DNA from: an uncultured Candidatus Rokubacteria bacterium
GTDB taxonomy: Bacteria > Methylomirabilota > Methylomirabilia > Rokubacteriales > CSP1-6
Direction: 5' to 3'
DNA: 64,000 nucleotides
NCBI GenBank assembly: GCA_963762145.1
Contig: CAVXJS010000014.1
Coordinates: 32,001-96,000 of the forward strand
Below, in pieces: positions 18,697-28,105 of the stretch. The translations under genes were made by a program, and so were the position numbers. The notes beneath the pieces are model-generated. The model saw nothing but the letters and a program-made list of their open reading frames with translations, did no database searches and was not told the origin of the DNA. How positions within the stretch are numbered: the stretch's first letter is position 1; every line of letters begins with the position of its first letter.

Positions 18697-19682
18697 TACT
18701 CAATCACCTGATCCGCCCGCTGGAGGAGCGACGGCGGGATCGTCAGGACGAGGGCTTTGGCGGTCTTGAGGTTGATGACCAGCTCGAACTTGGTCGGCTG
18801 CTCGACAGGCAGGTCGACGGGTTTCGCGCCTTTCAGTATTTTGCCGACATGAAAGGCCCCCCGGCGGGCCATTTCGGCGTAGTCGGGCCCGTAGGTGAGA
18901 AGAGCGCCGGGTGGAATCCAAATCCGGTTCAATCCCATGATTGGCAGCCGATGCGTCGCGGCATATTCCACGATGCGTGCGCGATACGGGTACACGGCGA
19001 TGTGCACATGCAGCGCGTCGGGGCGCTCGCGTGACATCGCCACCAGGGCCGGCTCGAGATCCGCTGGACCGTGGATCTCCACCGAGACCAGCGCCATTCC
19101 CGCGGTCTTGGCAATGGCCTCCATGTCCTTCCACCCCGCTGCTGACGCCGGATTCTCCGGGTTCCATAGAACGGCGAGGCGAGACAACCTGGGAAGGGCC
19201 TCACGCATGATGTGCAGCGCCTTCGCTTGCAGGTCAGGATACTGAGCGGCTATTCCGGTGACGTTCCCGCCCGGCCGAACCAGGCTCGCGACGAGACCGT
19301 CGCGGACCGGATCGCTGAGCCCGATGAAGACGATCGGAATCGTGCTGGTCCGTTCCTTGGCGGTACGAGCTACTAACGTACTGGATGTCACGATGATATC
19401 TACCTTCATCTGCAGCAGATCGGTCACGAAGTTGGACGCCCGCTCATTCTTCCCCTCTAGGAATCGCCCCTCAATGACGAGATTTCTATCCGTGACGTAG
19501 CCCTGCTCACGGAGGCCTTGGAGAAAAGCCGACCAGTATCGAGAGTCTTCCGGATTCGTAGGGGACACGGTCCCGATGTATCCGATGTGTGGGATCTTCG
19601 TCGCTTGCTGCGCCGCCGCGCCGAGCGGCGCGGCGAGGACGCCGCCCGTCAAAGTGCTAATGAAGTCTCGTCGGGTCACCAT
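18696..19682 (-). CDS. ABC_sub_bind substrate-binding protein, copy A
   Basis: MVTRRDFI..GGVLAAPL; DPVRDGLVASLVRPGGNVTG; ends [14 protein letters not shown]. Confidence 0.92.
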   Translation of the reverse strand: MVTRRDFISTLTGGVLAAPLGAAAQQATKIPHIGYIGTVSPTNPEDSRYWSAFLQGLREQGYVTDRNLVIEGRFLEGKNERASNFVTDLLQMKVDIIVTSSTLVARTAKERTSTIPIVFIGLSDPVRDGLVASLVRPGGNVTGIAAQYPDLQAKALHIMREALPRLSRLAVLWNPENPASAAGWKDMEAIAKTAGMALVSVEIHGPADLEPALVAMSRERPDALHVHIAVYPYRARIVEYAATHRLPIMGLNRIWIPPGALLTYGPDYAEMARRGAFHVGKILKGAKPVDLPVEQPTKFELVINLKTAKALVLTIPPSLLQRADQVIE

Positions 19683-19686
19683 CGAA

Positions 19687-22647
19687 TCAGCTCACGGGCA
19701 GCGTGAAGGTGAAGCTGGAGCCGCGGCCCACCTCGCTCTCCACCCAGATCCGGCCCCCGTGTAGCTCGATGAACTTCTTCGCCAGAGTCAGGCCCAGCCC
19801 CGTGCCCTCCTGTTTGCGGGTCTCGTCGGTCCCCACCTGGCGGAACTCCTCGAAGATGGCCGCCTGGTCTTCGGGCGCGATGCCGATCCCGGTGTCGGTC
19901 ACGGCGACCTCGACGGCGCCGTCCCGCCGGCCGGCCTTCAGGCTGATCCGGCCGCCTTCCGGGGTGAACTTGACGGCGTTAGAGAGAAGGTTGAGGAGGA
20001 CCTGCTTGACCTTGCGCTCGTCCCCCACGACCTCCCCGAGTCGCGGGTCGAGGTCGAGCTGCAGGGCGATGCCGTGGCGCGCGGCGCGCTCCTTGACCAG
20101 GGTGACGGCATTCTCCAGGGCGCTCGGTAGGTGGAAGGGGGCCGGCGCCAGCTCCATCCGCCCGGCCTCGATCTTGGAGAGGTCCAGGATGTCGTTGATG
20201 AGCGAGAGGAGGTGCTGGCCGGAGGCGTAGATATCCTTGAGATACTCGTCCTGCTTCTCGTTCAACGCGCCGAACATCCGCTGGAGTAGCACCTCGGAGA
20301 AGCCGATGACGGCGTTGAGCGGCGTCCGGAGCTCGTGTGACATGTTGGCCAGGAACTCGGACTTGTGGCGGCTGGCCGCCTCGAGCTGCCGGCTCTTGTC
20401 TTCAATCTCGTGAAAGAGTCGCGCATTCTGGATGGCCAGGGCCGATTGCGTGGCGAACGTCCGAAGGAGGTCGACGACTTCGGCCGTGAACGCGCCAGAT
20501 GCCCGCCGGGTGACCACTAGCCCGCCGACGAGCTCCTCCTCGTGGAGCAGGGGGATCGCGAGCACCGAGCGCGTCCCCGCCTCGAGCATGGCGCCTCGAA
20601 TCCGGCTCTCATAGGCGCCCTCGGCCGCGATGTCCGGGATCTGGATCGGCTGGCGCGTCACGGCCATCTGCCCGACGGCGCCTTCACCCCGGCGGAGGCG
20701 CGTCGCGCGCAGCAACGCGGACTGGCTCTCGTCCGCGTTGAGCGTCGCGCGGGCCGTGAACTCTTCGGCGCTCTCGTCGTACTCGAAGATCGTGCCGCCA
20801 TCGGTGCCTGAGAGCTGAACCGCACGGCCGACGATCGTCGAGAGCACGGTGTCGAGATCGAGCGACGAGCTGACGGCCCGCCCGACTTCGCCGAGGGCTG
20901 TGAGCTGCTCGACGGAGCGTGTCAGCGCAGCAGTCCGGGCCTCCAGCTCCTTGAATAGGCGGACGTTCTCGACAGCGATGACGGCCTGGTCTGCGAAGGT
21001 CTTGAGCAGATCTAGCTCCGCGTCGGAGAAGCGGCCGGCTTCCCGACGGGTCACGATGATGACGCCCATCGCCTCGCCTTCGCGAAGCATCGGCACCGCG
21101 GCGAGACTCTGGAACCCATGCAGGCGGCCCGTCTCCCGCACGAACTCGAGCGTCGCGGGCTCCTCGATGTCGGGCACATGCACGAGCGAGCGCGTCAGGA
21201 TCGCCACGCCAGGCGCGCTGTCCATCGCCAGGGGCCGGGGGTACAGCGCGCGCTGGGCCGCGAGGGCCTCGGGCGAGCTGCCGTAGTTCGCCTGGTGGTA
21301 CAGCATCCGGCCATCGGTCAGGTGAACCGCCGCGATGATCGCGCGGCAGAGCCGCGCGGCGCTCCGGACGATCGTGTCGAAAACCGGCTGCACATCGGCC
21401 TGGGTGTGCGCGATGGCGCGCAGGACCTCGCTCGTCGCGGTCTGCTGGTCGAGGGCCTCGGTGACTTGCCGGTGCGCCTGGGTCAGCTCGCGATTCTTCT
21501 CCTGCAGTTCGGTGAACAACCGCACGTTCTCGATGGCGATGACGGCCTGGTCAGCGAAGGTGCGCAGCAGCCCTACCTGTGCGTCGGTAAAGGGCCTGAC
21601 TTCGGCGCGGCGCACCGCCAGAGTGCCGATGGCAACACCATCTTGCATCAGGGGGACAGTGAGCACCGTCCGATGCCCGAACTTGAGCGCGATGGCCTGG
21701 CCGTCCGGGAACTCAACCGATTCGGCAGTAAGGTCGGCAACCTGGACGGGTCGCTGCTCAAACACCGAACGGCCATTGACGGTGGCCCGGCTGATCGGCA
21801 TCGTGAACTCGCCCACGGGGCCGGATGGAATCGGACCGTGATGCGCCACGAGGCGCAGGCGCTCGCCTTCGCGCCGAAAGATCTGAGCATCGCGCGCCGA
21901 GCACAGCCGGCCGGCATGCTCAACGACCGTGTCCAGGACCGGCTGAACATCGGTGGGCGAGCTCGAGATCACCTTCAAGATCTCGCTCGTCGCCGTCAGG
22001 TCACGGTTCCGTGCCTCCAGCTCCGTGAAGAGGCGGACGTTCTCGAGGGCGATGACGGCCTGGTCCGCGAAGGTCTGGAGGAGCGCCAGCTGCTTGTCCG
22101 AAAACGGCCGGACCTCCATCCGGCGGATCACGATAACCCCGATGGGAACACCCTCTCGGAGCAATGGTGCGGCAAGGACAGTCCGAACGCCGGAACCCTT
22201 CGCCAGACTGTCGGGAAATTCGCTGATGGGTTCCGTGCTGAAATCACGGATGTGAATCGTCTGTCGATCGATCATCGCCCGGCCCGCCACCGAACCTCGG
22301 GTCACGGGCACCAGCCGGGCGGGCGGGAGCGGCCCGTGGGAGGCGGCCAAGTGGAAGGCGTCACCGTCGAGACGAAAGATCTGAGCATCGCTTGCTTCGC
22401 ACAGGCGGGCGGCATGTTCCGCGACTGTGTCCATCACGGGCTGTAGGTCGAGCGGCGAGCTACTGATGACGCGGAGGATCTCGCTCGTCGCCGCCTGCTG
22501 CTCCAGGGCCTCCGTCAGGGAGCGCTGCACGTGCGCATACGACGGTGCTGGCTGGGCGCTCGCTTCGAGACGCTGAAGCGGTGTACCACACTCTCCGCAG
22601 AACTTCTGGCTAGTGGGGTTTTCGTGCTGGCACCGGGGACACTGCAT
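19687..22647 (-). CDS. Soluble histidine kinase: N-terminal double zinc ribbon, 4 GAF domains, HisKA, HATPase_c
   Basis: CPRC..CGEC; repeated LLxTFADQAVIAxENVRLF; FLANMSHELRTPL; NLLSNAVKFT; DTGIG; GTGLGL. Confidence 0.93.
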   Translation of the reverse strand: MQCPRCQHENPTSQKFCGECGTPLQRLEASAQPAPSYAHVQRSLTEALEQQAATSEILRVISSSPLDLQPVMDTVAEHAARLCEASDAQIFRLDGDAFHLAASHGPLPPARLVPVTRGSVAGRAMIDRQTIHIRDFSTEPISEFPDSLAKGSGVRTVLAAPLLREGVPIGVIVIRRMEVRPFSDKQLALLQTFADQAVIALENVRLFTELEARNRDLTATSEILKVISSSPTDVQPVLDTVVEHAGRLCSARDAQIFRREGERLRLVAHHGPIPSGPVGEFTMPISRATVNGRSVFEQRPVQVADLTAESVEFPDGQAIALKFGHRTVLTVPLMQDGVAIGTLAVRRAEVRPFTDAQVGLLRTFADQAVIAIENVRLFTELQEKNRELTQAHRQVTEALDQQTATSEVLRAIAHTQADVQPVFDTIVRSAARLCRAIIAAVHLTDGRMLYHQANYGSSPEALAAQRALYPRPLAMDSAPGVAILTRSLVHVPDIEEPATLEFVRETGRLHGFQSLAAVPMLREGEAMGVIIVTRREAGRFSDAELDLLKTFADQAVIAVENVRLFKELEARTAALTRSVEQLTALGEVGRAVSSSLDLDTVLSTIVGRAVQLSGTDGGTIFEYDESAEEFTARATLNADESQSALLRATRLRRGEGAVGQMAVTRQPIQIPDIAAEGAYESRIRGAMLEAGTRSVLAIPLLHEEELVGGLVVTRRASGAFTAEVVDLLRTFATQSALAIQNARLFHEIEDKSRQLEAASRHKSEFLANMSHELRTPLNAVIGFSEVLLQRMFGALNEKQDEYLKDIYASGQHLLSLINDILDLSKIEAGRMELAPAPFHLPSALENAVTLVKERAARHGIALQLDLDPRLGEVVGDERKVKQVLLNLLSNAVKFTPEGGRISLKAGRRDGAVEVAVTDTGIGIAPEDQAAIFEEFRQVGTDETRKQEGTGLGLTLAKKFIELHGGRIWVESEVGRGSSFTFTLPVS

Positions 22648-23158
22648 GCAGGGGGCCTCCCAGCGAGCCGGACCGGGAATGGTCGGACAGGTGGCACGAG
22701 GGTAGTCTGCCGAGTGGGAGGGGTCAAGGATGGTCCGACGGTCGCTGCGCCGGCGCTTGGGCGGTCCATTGTTAGGGGCTGTGGTTTAGTGTTGCCGGCC
22801 GGGGACCCCATCTTCCATGTCGCTCCTTTCCGGGCCCATTCGGGCCCATCACGACGGGACTGTTCCGAAGTTCATCTGGTTGAGACCCTCGTCAGAAATC
22901 GACGGGGCGGTACGCTCGCTCTAACTGATGAGAATTTGGCTGAATCGACTCCTCTCCTGAAAAAATATTTTGTCGATGAATGGCTTCCCTCGCACACTCG
23001 GCCTCGCGATTTTTTGGGGGTAGGGGGAGGGGGTCTCCCGGAAAACGAGGCCCGCCAGGCCATCCAGCCGCAAGGGGAGACCTGCGCTGCTGCCTGTCTG
23101 GCTCGATCCAGCTGATCCACCAACAGGTGCTTGCGCCTGCTTGAGCCTATACGAACGC

Positions 23159-23413
23159 CTACTTATCCGCGATCGCTTTGCTCTTGCGTGATCTTTGAGT
23201 GCTGCGCTCGAGCCATCGCTCGAGCTCCGCCCGCGGGAACCGCACGGTTCGGCCGAGGCGGAGGGCTGGCATGCTGGCGTCCTCGAGGGCCCAGCGCTGC
23301 ACGGTACGCGAGGATACTTGAAGGAGCTCGCCTACTTGCTTCGCGGTGAGGTACGGCGTCGCTGCCGACTTGGCCGGCTCGAACGGCGCTGTTCCTACCA
23401 TTGCTAAGGTCAC
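23159..23413 (-). CDS. Excisionase-like helix-turn-helix DNA-binding protein
   Basis: AAGGAGG RBS; YLTAKQVGELLQVSSRTVQRWA...LRLGRTVRFPRAEL. Confidence 0.8.
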   Translation of the reverse strand: MTLAMVGTAPFEPAKSAATPYLTAKQVGELLQVSSRTVQRWALEDASMPALRLGRTVRFPRAELERWLERSTQRSRKSKAIADK

Positions 23414-23774
23414 GGGTATCACCTCCTTTCTATCGTGCTTATCTGTTGAGCCGGGGATGGTGCACATTTTGTCTGCGGTCCGCGGACCGTAGCTCGTGGG
23501 GCGCCGGGGTCAGCGGGCACGCTTCGAGAGAGGTAGGCTGGGGCCGGCGCGGATTGAATTGAGCGCCGAAGCCAGTAAGATTGCCTTCTCCCGGCCCCCG
23601 ATGCCGACGAGCTCGTTAAGCTAATCCCTTGCTTCTCGCGTACCTAGGGACGGCGGGAGCGGCGTGGGCGTTACGTGGCATCTCGACTATGTTGGGCCCT
23701 CATCGCGGTCATTCGGGGCATTCCGGGGTATTTTCGGCTCGTGACAGCTCTCGCGCGCGCGTAGCGATGTGCGA

Positions 23775-23837
23775 ATCTGTGTATCTGTGTATCTGTGCAT
23801 CTGTAGGATCTGGCGATCCTAGGACAGATACACAGAT
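23775..23837. repeat. Iteron-like 8-bp tandem repeats plus an inverted copy
   Basis: ATCTGTGT x2, ATCTGTGC, ATCTGTAG; central taggatc-tggc-gatccta; inverted ACAGATACACAGAT. Confidence 0.7.
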
Positions 23838-24058
23838 CTTACAGAACACACACATCACACACATTCATCTTCTCCCTGCGTCGGCCCTGGTGTACCCGGT
23901 GGTACCACTACAGGCGCACTAAGAATCGATCCCCTCTATTTCTCTAAGGCTGGTGGTGGTACCACCACCTACACCAGGCCGTCAGAAGGGCGCCTCATCG
24001 GTCTCCGCCGAGACCGCCGGCTCGGCAACGGCGACGGGGTCTGCAACCACCTTCAGTC

Positions 24059-24101
24059 ATCAGCGGGTCCAAGGTTCGAGTCCTTGACGGCCCACCAAAC
24101 A
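24059..24101 (+). repeat. attR core: duplicated 3' end of tRNA-Lys
   Basis: Exact 43-bp copy of 6611-6653. Confidence 0.95.
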
Positions 24102-24102
24102 T

Positions 24103-24138
24103 TGACGGGCACTTCGGAGACTTCCGGGGTGCCCGTTA
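24103..24138 (+). terminator. Hairpin after attR
   Basis: tgacgggcacttcgga-gact-tccggggtgcccgtta. Confidence 0.6.
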
Positions 24139-24215
24139 CTGTCTTTGCTACCATTTTGCTACCGGGTTGATCGTGAGCGGCTCTCCTCTTCGGCCGGTAT
24201 GCCCGCGCCTCCATG

Positions 24216-24776
24216 TCACTTGAAATCCGCCTCGTTGAACTGGAGCTTGAATCCTCGCACTCGTGGGTCGATCTCGATCTGTCGGCTCCAGGTCACTCGT
24301 GGAAGCGTGCCGGGCGCGGCGCCGGTCGGGCGCGCCACCAGGCGGTGTCGTCCAGGCTGGAAGGCAAGCTGGAGGCTGGCTCCCGGGTAGAGGAAAGTTA
24401 ACGGTGGTGCCCCAGGCGCATCCGGATCCTGGTTCAGGTAGACGACGATCGTCCATGGCGCCCCGTTGACGAGCGTGCCCACGGCCACGGATTGGCCGCC
24501 GGCCGGGTTCGGCGTCGAAGCCGAGACGATCCGCACCCCCGGCGGAGGTGGGCAACTCGGATGGCCCTCGTATGCCTGGCGCACCTCCTCCTGCTGGATG
24601 GTCACCTCGGAGAGGCCGATCGTGGCCACGCCCAAGAAAAAGCGTCCGAAGTACTTACCGTCGCGGTCATCGACCGTATCGCAGGGCCGGATGGCCAGGC
24701 TGGCGCAGCCCGCGATCGACGCGAGCATCGCGAGCCAGCACGCTACTGGACGGCCGATCGACCCGAGCACGCGCAT
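24216..24776 (-). CDS. Hypothetical lipoprotein
   Basis: Lipobox-like SIAGC; FFLGVATIGLSE; beta-rich C-terminus; start uncertain. Confidence 0.55.
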   Translation of the reverse strand: MRVLGSIGRPVACWLAMLASIAGCASLAIRPCDTVDDRDGKYFGRFFLGVATIGLSEVTIQQEEVRQAYEGHPSCPPPPGVRIVSASTPNPAGGQSVAVGTLVNGAPWTIVVYLNQDPDAPGAPPLTFLYPGASLQLAFQPGRHRLVARPTGAAPGTLPRVTWSRQIEIDPRVRGFKLQFNEADFK

Positions 24777-24891
24777 TCTCGACCTCGAATTCTGTGCCAA
24801 CGGCGAAAAGGAGGTCCCTAGAGTACAACAGGTCCGTATGCCACGCTCCGACCGTGCCCACGAGTTCATCGAGGGTACACTGCAGCGAGGA

Positions 24892-26007
24892 CTAGTCCAG
24901 CCAGTCTTCCTCTTTGAGCTTCCGCGGCAGGTAGGTCTTGGTCAGGTAGCGGAAGTCCTTGTTGGCGAGCGCGTCGAGCTCGTACTTCAGCCCGCTCGCG
25001 AGCATCCGCTTGATCTCATCCTGCCAGGGCTTCTTCTGGAGCCACCGGTACTTGAGTAGCTCCCTGGCGCGGCTGATGTCCTTGTCGTTGAGCTTGATGC
25101 CCACGTTGCGGGGCAGGCCGTAGCGGTCGGGGTCGGCACTGGAGAGGCCGATGAACTTCGCCTTGGGAATGGCCATCCGCTCGCTCTCGAAGGCGAGGTT
25201 GATCGAGCCCTGCTTGACGACCGAGTAGATGTAGTAGCCCCAGGGGTCGTTGTCCACGAGCACGTAGACGGGAATCTTGTACTCCTCGTGCAGTCGGCGC
25301 GCCAGGCGCCGGACGCCGCGGGGCGGCTGGCCGTTGCCGGTGAGGAGCACGCAGTTGTAGCGGCGCCAGAACTTGTCCTCCGAGAGGCGATTCCACTGGG
25401 TGCCCTTCTCGACGAGCAGGACGAAGTCGGCGGTGCAGCGGCGGATCTCGATGAAGTCGGGCTCGACGATGGACGGCACCGAGTAGCCGCCCTTGCCGAG
25501 GCGCGCGCAGTCGACCCGGTCGCCGTCGTCGCCGAAGACGACCGGCCCCACGATGCTGCCCGCGTTCTCGGCGCGCACGTGGAGCTCCTCGCGCAGGGCG
25601 GCGAGGGAGACCTCGAGATCCTCGATCAGCGGGTCTGACTCGTTCTGGTTGTCGAAGGTGTTCTCGTTCGAGCCCTTCATGGTGTGCTTGGTGCGGTAGT
25701 AGATCTCGCGCAAGGACGTGGTGAGGTCGGCCCGCTGGAGCTCGGAGAGGGCGTCGGCCACCAGCACCGTCTGCATGAACTTCTTCGCCATGCCCACGTT
25801 GAAGAACGTGCGCTCCTGCTTGCGCTTGCCCATCTCGATGATGCCGCGCTTCTCGTTGAAGTTGACGTTGGCGAGGCTGCGCACCGGGATGGACAGCGTG
25901 GGGTCCTTGCTGCGGTCGGCGGCGGTGATCACCGCGTCCGCCACGCTGATGAGCTTCTTCTCGACCGCCCCGGCGACCGGAGCCTTCTTTGCCTTCGCTC
26001 GCGCCAT
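24892..26007 (-). CDS. top6A: DNA topoisomerase VI subunit A
   Basis: SLREIYY (catalytic Tyr), LLVEKG, GNGQP, VLVDNDPWG (Toprim DxD), KYELDAL. Confidence 0.93.
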   Translation of the reverse strand: MARAKAKKAPVAGAVEKKLISVADAVITAADRSKDPTLSIPVRSLANVNFNEKRGIIEMGKRKQERTFFNVGMAKKFMQTVLVADALSELQRADLTTSLREIYYRTKHTMKGSNENTFDNQNESDPLIEDLEVSLAALREELHVRAENAGSIVGPVVFGDDGDRVDCARLGKGGYSVPSIVEPDFIEIRRCTADFVLLVEKGTQWNRLSEDKFWRRYNCVLLTGNGQPPRGVRRLARRLHEEYKIPVYVLVDNDPWGYYIYSVVKQGSINLAFESERMAIPKAKFIGLSSADPDRYGLPRNVGIKLNDKDISRARELLKYRWLQKKPWQDEIKRMLASGLKYELDALANKDFRYLTKTYLPRKLKEEDWLD

Positions 26008-26016
26008 GGCTCTCGT

Positions 26017-28030
26017 CTACCTCTTCCTGCGCGTCGGCGTCTTGGTCTTGGGCTTCGCCGCCTTGGCGCGCTTGGCGGAGCGGGTCGGCTTGGGGGCGCG
26101 GGCCGTCTGGGCCGGTCGGCCGGGCTTGGCCGCCTTGGCCGGGCGGGCGCCCTTGTCTTTCCCCCGTGCCGGGGCGGGCTTGGTCTTCGCCGGCGGGCGG
26201 CTCCGGCGGCAACGGCGCGACCTCGGCCGGCTCGGCGCCAGGCAACTCCGGCGCGTCGCCCTCGGGCCCGTCGGGGGTGACGATGATCGAGTGGGGGAGG
26301 CCTTCCGGGCCGCCCTCGTGGCCCAGGATCGCGTCGGTGCGGGTGCCGCCGGTCCGCTTGAGCGCGATCTTCTGCAGCTGAGCCTTGAGCTTCTCCTTGG
26401 GGAGCTTGCCGCCCTTCAGCCGGCCGCAGGCCTCGACGACCTCCTCGATGTAGAGCTCGAAGATGTTGCGCCGGCGGAACTCGGTCTTGGCCCGCTCGCG
26501 CCGACGGAGGAACATGCCGAGCCGGCGCCCGCATTCCTGCAGGGCGAGCTTGATCTCCTTCCGGATCTCGTCGTAGTCGGCGATCGCTTCCTTGGACTCG
26601 CTCGTGAACGGGACCCAGACCGAGCCCATGTGGACGAAGATCACCATGGGGCCGGCGGGGAGCGCGCCGCGCGACTGGGCCACCCCGTAGTTGCGCCACG
26701 CGGTCTCGAGCGCGGCCTTGAAGGTCGCGCAGGCCGACTGCTGGTAGAGCAGCGGGACGCGATTGGCGTACCGGATGACACGGGCCAGCTCGTTGTCGTC
26801 CTCGCGATCCTCGCCTTCCGCGAGCGGCACCACGGGCGCGTCCGGCGCGGCGGTGGCGACCTGGTCCGGCGACTTGCCGAAGGCCAGCCCGGCCTCGATG
26901 ACGAACGGATTGCCGCGGTACACCGCGGCCGGTCGGGTCACCGCGGTGTAGAACTCACCCTTGATCTGCTTGTAGAGGCCGTGGAGGATCGCCTTCTCGC
27001 CGATGGGCGAGATGCAGTTCGAGGGCGGCGCCATGATCTTGGTCGCCTGGATGGCCTTGTAGAGCGCCTCGGCGGCGTCGCCGTGCACGTTGCGCGGCCG
27101 CGCGTCCGGCGAGAGCTTGGCCGTCTTGCAGATCTCCACCGCGACCGCGGGCGAGACCCGGCTGAAGTCGCCCGCGAGGAACCCGGAGAGCGAGTGGCTC
27201 CGGGTGTCGTGGAGCATGCGCAGGAGCACGCCGAACTCGATGCCGTAGGGATGCGGCTTGATCTCGCGGGGCGGGGGCGGCAGCTCCTGGATCGTCCGCG
27301 GGTACTGCCGGGTGTCGCCCTCCGGGGTGTGGTAGACGAGCGTCACGTGCGGATTGGCGATCGCGACCTGCTCGAGGAACTCGTCCACCGAGGCGCGGCC
27401 CTTCTGGTAGCGCCCTTCGATCTCGAGCGTCACCTGCGTGCCGCGCGGGTGGTGCCAGTCGATCTTCTTGCTCTCGAAGATCCGGGGCTCGTTCTTCTTG
27501 GTGTCGATCTGGACCTCGAAGTAGTGCGTCGCGGCCCGCGGCCCCGTGCTCGAGGTGATCTGCACCGGCTTGCCGGTCGTGAGCTGCGCGTACATGCCCG
27601 CCGCGGAGATGCCGATGCCTTGCTGGCCGCGGCTCATCCGGAGCCGGTGGAACTTCGAGCCGTACAGCAGCTTGGCGAAGATCGGCGGGATCTGCTGGCG
27701 GACGATGCCGGGCCCGTTGTCGATGACGGTGACGCGGAAGCGCGTGGCCTGGCTGGCCGCCACCGGCGCCTCGTCGCCGCTCGACGCGACCTCGAGCGTG
27801 ACGACCACCTCGGGCAGGATGCCGGCCTCTTCGGCCGCGTCGAGCGCGTTGTCCACCGCTTCCTTGACGCAGGTGAGGAGGGCCTTGCGCGGATTGTCGA
27901 AGCCGAGCAGATGGCGGTTCTTGGTGAAGAACTCGGAGACGGAGATCTCCCGCTGGCGCGCGCCCATCTCGGCGGCGGATGGGGCGACCTTCGTCTCGGC
28001 GGACGGCGGCCTCGCGAGTGCGGCGGACAT
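26017..28030 (-). CDS. top6B: DNA topoisomerase VI subunit B (frameshift near 26195 before a Lys/Ala-rich tail)
   Basis: QREISVSEFFTKNRHLLGFD, KEAVDNALDA, DNGPG, SRGQQGIGIS, RYANRVPLLY, VPFTSESKEAIA. Confidence 0.93.
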
Positions 28031-28105
28031 TCCTCTCCTTGATATCAAATCCGCGCGCTCCCGCCGCGTTTTTTTGACCGCCGCCGCGCGAGGCTGTAGT
28101 GTTCG

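Noticed and set aside
7227-19682. CRISPR array or classical integron
   Set aside because: The repeats are coding gene termini about 1 kb apart; I saw no cas genes, no attC-type palindromes and no IntI-specific features in the integrase remnant.
13431-19682. Diversity-generating retroelement or retron driving SBP variation
   Set aside because: No reverse transcriptase in the window and no template/variable pair with adenine-specific differences.
22870-23130. Possible phage terminase/packaging-site remnant (G-runs, aaaatatttt)
   Set aside because: No recognisable protein motif; only a compositional impression.
6654-24058. Intact prophage or ICE
   Set aside because: No structural, lysis, relaxase or conjugation genes, and the integrase is broken.
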